From the NCBI GenBank assembly GCA_021613535.1, contig CP075495.1, positions 2,852,001-2,916,000 of the forward strand: DNA of 64,000 nucleotides, written 5' to 3'. The position numbers and the translations under genes are program-made. The DNA is from Adineta vaga. Its lineage: Eukaryota; Animalia; Rotifera. Positions 51,901 to 64,000 of this stretch are shown here, in pieces. The notes under the pieces are model-generated. The model was given only the letters and a program-made list of their open reading frames with translations. It searched no databases and was not told where the DNA came from. Each line of letters starts with the position of its first letter. Position 1 is the stretch's first letter.

Positions 51901-54900
51901 AATTAAAATCCAGACCTAATGCTTCTTTCAAAGTAACATGACGAATATCTCTTGGATCAATCATATCCGATGCTAGAGAAAAAGAAGAGGAAAATGTTAA
52001 ATAGTACGATTCAATCAAGTCAATTTGAACATACGTTGTTCAGTTAATGAACTTTTTTGTCCTCGATTAACAGCAAATTCTCGTGCTGGTGAATGACTTG
52101 GTGATCGACTTTGTGAACGTGGAGATTTGGTGATATTTTCATCTGATATTGGATTTGTTATTCCAACTGATAATGGTCCACCAGGAGTATTCGAACTATT
52201 TCCACGATCAGGTAATGGAGAACGTTGAGAACGAATAGTTGATGTATTTTGAGGTTGATCCGGTACAAAACGAAGTTGATTATTATTCAGTGGTTCACGT
52301 GTTATATCTGTTGTTAATAATGATTGAGGAGTTTGACCTTGATTAAATATTTTATCATTAGTTTATTACTAATTTTTATTTGAAAATCAATACAAACCTG
52401 CTTGTTGACGACTGAGCGATTCAGATCTTGATGATGATGGCACTACAGGTGTTCGTTCTTTTTCTACTTGTTTAATTGTTGGTGAAGAAGCCGGTGACTT
52501 CTTTCTTGCTATAACTAGATTAATTAAACCAGAATTGGTTAATAATTGACGAATTTCTTGTGATACTTCAGAAAATTCAATTAAACGAACATCTTTATCA
52601 TCTATTTTAATAAGCCAATCATCAACTCGAAGACCAGCGAGATCAGCTTTTGTTCCTTTAGCAACAGCTGTTATTATATATTGTAATGGATCTTGTTGTT
52701 TAGTTAATTTTAAACCGACAGGACTAGTTTCAGTTGGTTGCATTAATTGTATATTATGTAATTCATAACCATAATCTTTTAATTCTGATAGTGGCATTGT
52801 AGCTAAACGAAAAGAAAAAGTTTACTAAATGATAAAATTCTTTGAAATATTAGATTAAAGAAAATAACGTTCAGAGAAGAAAAATGGTAAGCTGTTATAG
52901 ATAGGTATCAGTCAAATCCAATGTTGAGAAAGGCAAAACAAGAAATACACCGCAAACACACATAGTGTTAGTATATAAACCACAAATAACCAAGCTGTGC
53001 ATATATATGCATGGCTCACCGAACGCCGTTTTTCCTAATGGAATTGGTGTTGATTGACTTTCTGTTGAACTTTCTTCTGACGAATGTTTTTCGTGATCGT
53101 CGTTGTTTTCTTCTTCTTCTTCTTCTTCTTCATCATCATTATTCTTGTCAAGGGTATTCGATTGTCTTTGTTGTAGACTAGCAGATCTAGCAAGAAGTTC
53201 ATTTAGTTTCTCATCTGCAGTCTTGTCTTGAATATTCTCTTTTTTCTCATGTTGAAGCCAAGAATTTGTTGGTGGTTCGTCCGTATCCGTTTCATCATCA
53301 ACTGATTCAATAGGTGAATAAAATGAATCAGCAGCAGATTTTTTTGTTGCTTGAGAATCAGTAACTGAAAGATTTTCATCGCTATCCGCTTTTTCAAGAC
53401 GACGAGCTTGAACTATTTGCTTCACACCGATTGATTTCTCATTTTCAGATCGAGGATCGTCACTATCAGTCTTTTCTAGACGACGAGCTTGAACAGTTTG
53501 CTTCATACCGATTGGTTTCTCATTTTCTGATCGAGGATCGTCACTATCGGTCTTATCTAGACGACGTGCTTGAACAAGTGTTCTTGTAGGTAATGCTGAT
53601 GGAAGAGATAATCGATCACTTTCTGACATTGTATCATCACTATCGGATTTCTCGATACGACGAGCTTGTACAACGGTTCTACCAGGTGTCAAAGATGTAG
53701 AAGATTGTCTGTCCGTATTGGGATATGTTGAAGTCTGTGTTCGATTGCTATTGTTGAAATTTGGATTTCTATCTGTTGAATCAGAAGTATTTCCAAATGA
53801 AGGTTTTGTTGATGATTCAAGCAGATTTGATTGTGGATTTTTGTGATTGATAGAATCAGAAATATCTTCTTCATGAGAATGTTCTGAAATGTCAGATAGA
53901 TCATCGTCGGTATCAGTATAACCACCTGAAGATACATTAGCTTTAGGTGGTTTACTCGGAACGCTCATTGCTTTCGATGGTCCTGTACAGTTGTATTTAT
54001 ATTTTAGTTATTTTTTTCATATATACATAGTTTTTTTCGAAAAAAAATCTATTAAAACTATTTAAACAAAACTTACCGAGACGAGTATCAACTTGATTTG
54101 TTGGAGAAGTTTGTGAATTTCCTGAGAAAAAGAAAGATAGTAACAAAATCGAAATCAAAGATCATGGTAAAAATCGAAATGTACCTTCATCATAATCACG
54201 TTGTAAAGGTGTAATAGGTACAGCAGCTGGAATATTTTGAATAGTTTGATTTGTTCGGATATTATCACGATTAGTATCAGCTGGTCTACTTTGATTTGGT
54301 AAACTATCTCGTTCTTCATTTGATGAAATTGGTCGCGACGTACGTTGTTTATCATCATTAAGATTTGATGTTGCATTTCCAGGTTGTTGTGATGATGTTG
54401 GATTACTAAATCCAACTTGTAAAGGTTTAAATGAATCTTCTAATGAACTATTACGCCCTTTGACATCATCAGCATCTATGACGACGACGAAGAAGAAGAA
54501 GAAGAAGAAAAACGATTGATTTATTTGAAAAAGTATGAAGACATACCTGGTCGTTGATCGCGTGATGTTGAACGAATGGATGAGTCACCACTAGCTGGTA
54601 ATTGAAATTCGTCACTAGATTTTCCACTTGATACGCCCCATGATGATCGATCAGCTGTAGCTGGTCCAACACCTTGCAAGATCTGTCCTTGTTGTGATTT
54701 TGATGGATATCGATCATTATCAAATTGGGGTGAACGTTGATCATATCGGTCATTGGGTGTTGAGGTTGAAACTGTTTCTCTTGCTCGATTAGAATTATCT
54801 GTTTCATCATATGATGGTTTTTGTTCATTATTATATTTATTGAAAAGTTGTTCTAAAGCTTGAGTTGGTGGAACTGTTGCTGATGTGTTTCTATCGATTA

Positions 54901-56834
54901 TATTCGATGATGGTAAAACTTCAGCAGCTGTATTATTATTATTTTGATTTGATTTAAGTAAATAAGATTTCTTTGCAACGAGAAAATCAAGATTTGGTTC
55001 ATTTCGACTACGTTTAAGAGTATTTAAAACTTCTTGATAAGGTACATAAAGTAGTGGAATATCATTGAGTGATATAATACAATCATCACGCTCAACACCA
55101 GCAAGATCAGCAGGAGAATTTGGTTCCACATGTTTAATAATATGACTAAAATCTTTATCTTGTTGCAATGATATTCCAATCGATTCACCTGGTCGAAGAA
55201 TTACTGAACACATATGTGGACCAGATCCTGAATTGTTATTGGTGTCTAAAAAACGAATAAAAGAATACTCGATTAATATACATTTACGTATATATGACAG
55301 AGAACAATTTATCTTCAAGTTTTCTTTCCATGCATAGTCATGCACAATAAAGAAATTCTAGTCAAATAAAAATAGAAGCAGTAACAGCAGCAGCAGCAGC
55401 AAAACCATTACCATAAGCATTTTATTATTTTCTTTTCATTACGTGCTTTTCTCATCTCCTACCCTGTGCTGACTGAGTTGGCGATGATGATTGCCATAGA
55501 CGATCATATGACTCTGGTTGTTTTTCCTGGTCAGTAGTATTGGTAGGACTAATTGATCTTTTTATTTTATCTTTAATTTTGTTGACTAATGATGGAGATT
55601 CATCTCCCTTAGAAGATTGATCTATTGATGCACTACTCGGCTTATGTTTCGAATCATTCTTATCGGATTTATCATTGGCATCATGTGATTTTGTTGGTAT
55701 GATTGATTTAATATTATCTAAACCTGATTTCGCAAGATTTTTAATACCATCTTTGATATGACTACCACGGTGTTTATCTTTCGAATCATCATTATCACCG
55801 GTATGATTTCTATTAGATGAATTGTCAGTTGTAGGTCGTGGTGGTTTTTCTTGTTGTTGTGCTGGTGGAGGTAAATCTTGTTCGAAGAGAATATCGAAAA
55901 ACGTTTTGCCGTTCTCAAGTGCATGATCTGTAATAGGTTTTTTTTGTTCAAAAGATATTTAGAGAGAGAGAAGAAGAAAAAAAGAGTCAAATATGTCTTT
56001 GTTTTCGTAATAAACAAGCTTGAAAAAGTAATCAGTTGAATCATTTCGTTTTTAGCTCAGTAAATATAGAAACAAAAACGTACCTGAATACGGTAAAAAT
56101 GTATACACATCATCTCGTCCGTCATTTGGAGATGTTTGTTGATAATGAGGAGCACTTGTAGAAGTTTGTTCTTGATTTAATGATGATGTTGGTCCAAGAT
56201 GAATGGTATTTTGTGCAGCAGTTGGATCAGCTGCATTTGTTGAACGCCATTGATCATAGAGAAGTTTTTCTGGACTGACCGTTAATGTTGGTGTTTCCAT
56301 ACGTACACATGTTCGATAATTTTCATCAATATTTAAATTATGTCGACGAGCTAAATCTGCACTATGAGGATCGAGTACTAAAAATCGAATTTGATCAGCT
56401 TCAAGTTCATGTTGAATAAATGATAGAATCACAAAAAAGTCGTCATTTTCTACAGAATGACCATTAACAGCAAGAACAACATCTTCACGTAGAAGGCCAC
56501 CACTTTCAGCGGGACTATTGGGTTCAACATCACCAATACGTAAACCAAGCCAATGTTGATTTCGAGCTAAATGAACACCGTAACCTAAACATAAGAAGAT
56601 ATTAGAATCTTTATATTTATTTCTTCGACTTTTAGTTTTCTTACCATCATAATGTGGCCATTTACGTAGAACACAAATACGAGGACGAATATTTGTTAAT
56701 TGTTCCGAATCATATTGAGATTGTTGTGGTTGTTGACGAGAAGTTGATGATGAACGACCTGCTTGTCCTCCTGCTGTGGATAAGGCTGGTTGACTATGAT
56801 AAGTAGCTGATTGATTTGTTCCGACCTGCATCAT
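45927..56834 (-). CDS. Large multi-PDZ scaffold of NHERF/PDZK1 type (8 PDZ domains in the longest predicted isoform plus 1 in an alternative last exon)
   Basis: PDZ signatures include RPRICVLRKWPHYDGYGVHL..VEPNSPAESGGL, VEPNSPADLAGV, GTKADLAGL, SSMADKAGL, DSPAYNAGL, NSPAGRAGL, KGLGFVL and PVARLCRVRK..YGFFL..HSPAAVCGL, separated by S/P/T-rich linkers. 5' UTR exons probably lie beyond 56843. Confidence 0.9.
53375..53675 (-). repeat. Coding tandem repeat, ~81-bp/27-aa unit VQARRLEKTDSDDPRSENEKxIGxKQT, four motif copies
   Basis: VQARR(I/L)(E/D)K(S/T/A)DSD occurs four times in ORF 52895-53968; the two central units are nearly identical in DNA. Confidence 0.9.
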
Positions 56835-59800
56835 AATGAAATTCTAAAAGATCGTATATGTTCTTTTTTTGATCGACCGGGAGAAGTTTTTGTTTGTTTG
56901 TGTTTTTCTTTCAATAGTTATTAGTCTAAATAACGACTAGACGAATTGGGAAGCAGATGATAACATCAACTAAAATGAAATATGAACTATAATTTTTTTT
57001 ATGAAGAAATAAACTGAGACGATTTTATTCTCATCTTGAAAATGAACAATACAGTAACTCGTTTATCTCGTCTTCTTTTTTCAATAACTAATGCCTATCG
57101 ACTTAGTTTCTTTTATCTATCTTTTAAGGACTCAAATGGTCTAAGTATAGTAAATAAATGAAGTACATACAATCTAAGCTGTTTAACCACTTGACTTCTA
57201 ATGTTTCAAAACAAAACACACACACACACAAGAGAATGAGAGAGAGAGAGAAAGACGAAGAAAACTTTTCAAACTTATGTCTTTGATACCAGCATCATTC
57301 ACACAGAACTATGGACACTCTTACTTTCTTTTTTTCTCTTTCTAACCCTGTCTAGCCCTGTAGCCCGAGTTTGAAATGTGATATCCTTGAAATGTGTATG
57401 TGTGCGTTCGCCTGCCTGCCTGCCTGTTTGTCTGCTTGTGCGTGTGTGTGTGTTGATCAAAAAAAAATGAAAACGAATGATAAGTTACTGAATGGAACAT
57501 AAACTGTAGCGACTGTTGTTACCACGTCTTCTCCTATCTATCTACACTTACTACCACTATTCGTCAACATACATCTATGTATATATCTAATCGTTAAACA
57601 CGAAAAGCAAGATACAAAAATGCAGCAAAAATGAAAATGCTAACCGATACGCTTCGATAATTTTTCTCTAGTTTCCTTTATCTTTCTTCTTTCTTCTCGT
57701 CCATTTTGTTTTTTTTTCTCTATGAAATATATGAAGGACATTTACTCAAAGTCGACCTGACGCGTCTTCGTTTAGCTATTTCATTTTTCTTCCTTACCTA
57801 TTCTCTTTCTTTCTTCTTTCTTTCGCTTTCTATCTATCTCTTCCTTTTCGAATCGCTTTTTTCTTACTCTTTCACACAATTTTATTGAAAGGCCATTACC
57901 TTCTAAATAATAACATCATTATAATCATCATCGTATAATACATCTCTCTTATTTGTTCGTTCCCTTAGGGTAAAGTAAAATGTAGAGAGAAAGACAAAAA
58001 ACACACATATACAAAAGTAATTGTTATGTACAGTTCTTCGAGTTTTGAAATGAAGGAAACGAAGAAGAAAAAAAAAGAAACAAATTCCATTCAACATATC
58101 TATCTATCTATCGATGTGTCTTTTTCTTTTCGCTCGAACAGCACAAAATACATTTCATGGCATCCAATGAAAAAAGATAAAGTTTCTTCCTCAACCGAAT
58201 AAATGCAATCAAAAAATAAAAAGAAAAAAAGAGAAAAATTCCATTAGGATGATTCGTTTTCGCACTACCATCATTACCACAACACATGATCAAGTGGTTA
58301 AGAGAATAGGGTGATGCTGTCGATGGCATATTTACTATTACCATTCAAATGTCTTGTGTTTAACCTTTACTTCATTTTTCTTTGTTCTAGCAATCGAAAG
58401 AGATATGGCACGCTCCAATATGAACGCATACGCATAGAGACAATGAGAGATTGTGTTGATAACCTTTGCAATAATTTACTTCTAATCGATAGTTTTTCTT
58501 TCGTACTTCTTTTTATGATTCACGTTCGATAGAAACAGATATTTTTGTGTATATATTTAAGTGATATGCATGATTGAATCAAATCAAAATAAAAAATAAC
58601 CGATTACTACGTGTTTTTTCCGATTTAAACGAAAGAATAGTATACACATATGTACATTCCTTTTATTAGTTCAGGTCGACTTTACTTATGAAATACCTGC
58701 CCATACCCTTCATTCTTATTCATGTTTCAGATGCTAGGCATCTTTCGTTTTTTCTTAATTTCTGATTAAAAAAACACGCCGTATCATCCAGAAACATGAA
58801 TAATCAGCAAAAAAAGCTCGTTCAATTTCATCAGTTATAGTATAGATAATTATCTCAGATAGAACCATAAATAAGTATGATTATTCATACATGTAGTAAT
58901 GACTATCTTTCTGTCATTATTCGTATTAAAATGACAAATGTATCTCAACCGTTATTAGTATCTGTCACTAATAAGCAGATTTCATGTATATGAACATGTG
59001 TGAAATGATCGGATGAATGAAGATTGACAATGAGTATTAACCATTTTTTATCTTTGTTCTTTATCGATAAGAGAAAAAATAACGAAGATATTAAGATGAA
59101 ATGATCATTTAAATTTCAATTATCTTGTTTTTATTGAATCAATTTCTCAGTGACATTTCTATCTGATGTAGAGAAGAAGAAGAAAAAAACAATATTTTCT
59201 GTCCGTTATTGTGATCTTTGTCGAAAAAAACATCTTATGATAATATTGTCCTTTTTGATTGGAGGAGATTTTTTCAATGACAAGCTATATAATACTATTC
59301 AACTATCAATTGTACTATTAAATGGATAGTTTTTACGATATCTTAAAAAACTGATTACTGTACGCACTATTTATCTTAATCCACTTCAGATAGTTGTAAA
59401 AATCGAATGAAAATGCAAATCTTTTCTTTGTTGATTACCGCCTTTACAATTTCTATGATATGGAATTCTGTTACACATATATATATATATATATATGTTT
59501 CATTACTATTCTATATAGATAAAAATAGCGTTATAAAATAAAACTTGTCGTCTTTATTTTTACCTGCTTTTTGCTAACAAACATTATTTATTAATGTGAT
59601 TTTTTTATTAAATATAGAAGAAGATTTAAGTATATATATATATATATTTGCTTGCAGTATATATTTAGTAAAACTACAGACAGTCAACTAAGTCAAACAA
59701 CACATCCACTTCACATTTCTTTTCTTTCTTTGGAGTCTATCTTTATACGCATAGCTTCATGCAAGCATAAACATATAAACGCGGATCAATACAACTGTGC

Positions 59801-62438
59801 CACTTGCCGATGTACAAACGCTTTAAGGTGTTGTCCCTTTGTTCATGTATACATATGTGCATGTTTGTATAGTATATATGCAGTCGAATTCAATCAAGCA
59901 TCTCTCAAACACTTCAAAATCGACAGTGAGATTATTGTCATTATAATCGATTCATTTTTCTTCGTTACTTTCGGAAAAAAACTGGATATGGATTTCCACT
60001 AATTGCGAAAAAGAAAGCTTCAAAAAAAGAGAGAATGTCATTTGTTTTTGTAAGATTCCTTTTTTTCGTACTTGTAACAATAACACCTAAGTGAAGTCGC
60101 GTGATCGACTTCTAGAAAAGAAAGAAAGAGAGAGAAGACTAGTAAAAGAATGTCTACATGTCACATCTCAATGTGATCGATATTGACCATTTGAAAAGTG
60201 GCATTGAAAAATGAAATAAAATTAATCTTTAATGGACGTTATCTTTCGCACTCAATAGAGCAAAACATAAGCGTCTTATTCATTTAAATCGATAAGACAG
60301 AGAAGAACAGTCGGTGTCTGCATTTCTAACTACTTTATATGAATATATATCCCCCTGTTCAATTTCGCATGGCTACGAGTGGTGATAAAGCATCAATCAT
60401 AAAAATTCGTAAAAACGAAAGAAAATAAATTACTTTCTTCCTATTTATCTAACAGTAATCATGGACAAAAGGTGTTCGTTATATTTCTTTCTCTCATTTA
60501 GCAATAGTAACTTACGTCGAATGTACTTGAATATGGACAAGCTCCTTCAACGAAAAGAAAAAACGACGCCATGTGCCTGGCTTGTTTTTTCATTATATAC
60601 AATAGATGAGAAATAAATCTTAACAATGAAGTTTTATCATTGACTCTCGGCCGTTTCTTTTGGTTACTTCATACAAGAACAAGTAGAAGAAGAAGAAAAA
60701 AAAGCAAACGACGATTGTTGTTCTTATTCGATTCTTTCATTCTTATATTATATATAAATGTGTCGTCTGATTATCTTACTTACAAACGATATCCTTCATG
60801 TGTTTTTTTCATTCGTTAAAGAAAAATGTCTCTCATGAAATAAATACATATAGAATTAAAATAGTTGACAAATCGTTAAATGTACAGAATTTCTCTTCAC
60901 ACATCAATGTAATAATACGCACGAACTAGTCAAATATGAAGTAGTCATAAACGAATAGAACCATAAAACGAAGGAGATGTAAGAAATAATTTCGTTTTTA
61001 TTTTAACTTACTGATTAGATTTGTAGAGTTCACACTAGATTTGATCGTCTTTAAATTGGATTTGATATTCCATGAAACGCGAAAAGATAGTGATAATTGT
61101 AGTGCATTTTATTGATCTGTTGTTTTGTTCTTCTTCTTCTTCTTCGTTTTGTTCAATATGAAACGATCGCTTTGTAAGAGTAAAGAAAAGAGAGAAAGAG
61201 AGAAAAAAAGAATGAGGGAGGGGGAGAGTAATAGTATGAGTTTCAATCGATTCGTATATGTATGTAAGTGCCGCGTGTGCACCTTGTAGGTAATTTGATC
61301 CTGTTCAAAATAATTGCAAGGAAATCTTAACGAATTTGAATTGATGTATTAAGATGAAGAAGAAGAAGAAAGAGAAGAAATGTAACAATAATAATTAGTA
61401 AACGATGCTTACCAAGTATCTGAAAAATAAAAATAAGAATTTGATCTAAGTTTTTGTATACTTTCGATTGATTTCATTTTTTTTTCGTATGACAATAACA
61501 TTGTCATTTTATTTCTTTCAAAATCTTAATCTGAATTGTCTGTTATTCTTTTTTTTTTCTTCTTTATTCTTCTGTCAAAGAAAAGCAAACAAGGTAGATA
61601 ATCGAAATACTTTCATTAGCAATGAAGAAAAAAGAAAACGAAATGAAACGCAAAAGAAAAGAATGGTTTGCTTGTGTAGTAGTAATGTGCACATGATTAA
61701 AACAACAAAACAGTGCAGTATATAATATGTATGCATTCGCTCGATCGTCAGTCATTTATCATCATTTATCAGATTAAAATGAAAGAAAAGAATATGTAAA
61801 TATACAAAATATGTCTTGTATAATTTTTTTTCCGAAAGTTAAAAGAGAAAGATTAACTGACATTGATAGTCGTTTATACATTGACGTTAAAAAATGAGAT
61901 GAAAGTCTTTTGATATACTCGGACAAGGAATAAAGAGGAAAAGAGAGCGAGAAAGAGAACATTTATTCACCAGTCATATTTTACAGTGAAATATATGTCT
62001 TTGAGATGTATCGATCATCAAGAATAACAACTTCTATAGAAATGGGAGGAGAGAGAATCATCAAAAGAACAAGGAAAAATGTTTTAAACGTAATAATCGT
62101 ACACAAAATAGTGGTTTGTTTGACATATAGAAAAAGAAAAAGAAAAGGAATTGATTATTCCACATTTTCTTTTTCTCAATCATCAGGTCGATAATCATTG
62201 TATATATATATATATATGTGTGTGCAGAAGATAAAACAATACATACGTTTCATTTGTATGTATTCTCATTTGAAAGTAAAAAAATTAATTGTTTTGAAAT
62301 GTTTATAAAAGCATCCTTGAAGAAATTGAACTTACTTCGGACAAAAAGAAAGAAATCTCGTTTTTGTATTAAATGAAGTAATCAAAGAAGAAAAGTATAG
62401 GACGTTTTCAAGGAAGAGTGGAGGATTTAGTAAAATGT

Positions 62439-62444
<6 letters not shown>

Positions 62445-62468
<24 letters not shown>
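62445..62468. repeat. (CT)n microsatellite
   Basis: About 12 CT units, directly visible. Confidence 0.85.
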
Positions 62469-62469
<1 letters not shown>

Positions 62470-64000
62470 TTTTCTTTTTTCATTTTTGCCTGTATATATA
62501 AAGAGATATTCGATATATAAATACTCCTAGTATGATTACGAATCGAACAGAAGCACGAATAACGATTTTACTCATTTAATCCCAAGGGCTGCTCCAGTTA
62601 CAACAATTTGATAAAGCAATAGAATTCAAGCATACATATACATGTATATCCAGGCTCAACAAGCTAAATCTCGTTTTGCTTATTATTCACTTGCTTATCA
62701 TTGACAATGATCCAATCGATGTGCTGAAGACATATGAGAACTATCTAATAATGAAACTTTATTTGAATTGTTATTAATGTATTTCGTTTTTTTTCTCGTT
62801 AGTGTAAGAAGAGAAGGAAAGTCTTTATTTGAACAGTTCAACCTATGAATCAACTTTGACAATCTTCAGTATGTCATCGAATATTAATATAAAGAAGTTT
62901 ACTCAGGATATTCAATGTATCATCAATAAAACAAAAAGATCATTGACAGAATGAATAATATTAATAAACTGATTTTTGTGAACAATCAATATCAATATGT
63001 AACATGTAGTCAGTTGTAAAGTACATGATTACAAAAGAGAGCGAGAGAGAAGGAAAAGGTTCTATTTATTTATGTTAATCATATAAATATATATAGATGT
63101 ATGTTTCTAATTGGAAAATGTATTGATGTGAATAAATGAACTATGAATATGAACTGCTATACTTTAAGTATTTTATCCTTCATGATTATGTTTCATTCTC
63201 TGTTGAATAGAAAACCTTCTCATTGATGTATGATATCCACTAAGAAGTAACATAGAATAGTAAAGAAGCTCGATGTCATTACAATTCGAATTCATCCTAA
63301 AACATCTATTTAACTGCCAAGATAAGATCTGTTGGATTAGAACAAGAGAAAAGACATTGACCATAATCACATTTGAATATAAATACATTGAATTGAATAA
63401 CCTTGAGTATAATTCATTAAGGTGCTATTGTTGATGAGGAAGAAGAGAGAAAGATTTTTTAATCTAGGACCAAGTGTGATTAAAATTATATGATGAAGAA
63501 AAAATGGTTTAACGTCATAAATGAATGGATATTTTTCGATTCGATGATTTCGTAAGAGAAACTTAGCTTTTCTTCTAAACTACCGTTTTATCAAATAAAT
63601 TCACACAAGGATTGATGAATACATCGATCATTACTAATCATCTCAATAGTAATACAATTTGCATTGAAATTGTTAAGTAGATTCACCTCGAATACTGGTA
63701 TATCAAAGAATTTGGTTTAGTTCAGTTCATCTCTATATCCTTGTAAAGAAGTTCGATTAATAGTTGTGTACAATCAATAGTTCTGTATTCTCATAGACAT
63801 ACGCTTGACAAACATTGATTCATTTAATTATAGGACATAAATGTTATATAAAGCTATTCAATAGTATATATACAAATCGACTATTATATGCATGAATCAA
63901 CGGACAAAATGGAGAATATTCAGTCTGCTATATTAATTATAATGTATGAATATGTTATGATAAAGCTGCAGTTTCTTGACTGATACAATCGTTTCCTTTT

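Noticed and set aside
63140-63900. Degenerate gene or transposon ORF on the minus strand
   Set aside because: No identifiable motif and many stops in all frames.

Overview
AT-rich eukaryotic DNA with dense short (~50-70 nt) GT-AG introns. The gene families and intron style suggest a bdelloid rotifer (inference). Conserved genes, all on the minus strand: MFSD10-like (partial), LIAT1-like, CASD1-like, RAB18, alpha-tubulin, STX17-like, ZMPSTE24/STE24, and a large multi-PDZ (NHERF/PDZK1-like) gene. A HIT-family gene, a small orphan membrane-protein gene and a mucin-like gene lie on the plus strand. A ~12 kb accessory island (12.0-24.1 kb) holds two TIR elements, two pseudogenes, and an apparently intact F-box gene. 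That gene's LRR domain is a 141-bp tandem array of one 84-nt phase-0 exon plus one 57-nt intron per repeat; the introns are homogenised and the variable surface codons are reshuffled between copies. The second standout, largely invisible to the ORF track, is a type II membrane mucin gene (40.7-45.3 kb). It has about 41 symmetric phase-1 micro-exons of 15-51 nt and ends in a jelly-roll, lectin-like domain, an architecture resembling schistosome micro-exon genes. Also notable: the CASD1 homologue has lost its catalytic motifs, RAB18 needs a 7-nt micro-exon, and the PDZ gene has three alternative 3' ends. All calls come from manual reading; no database searches were run.
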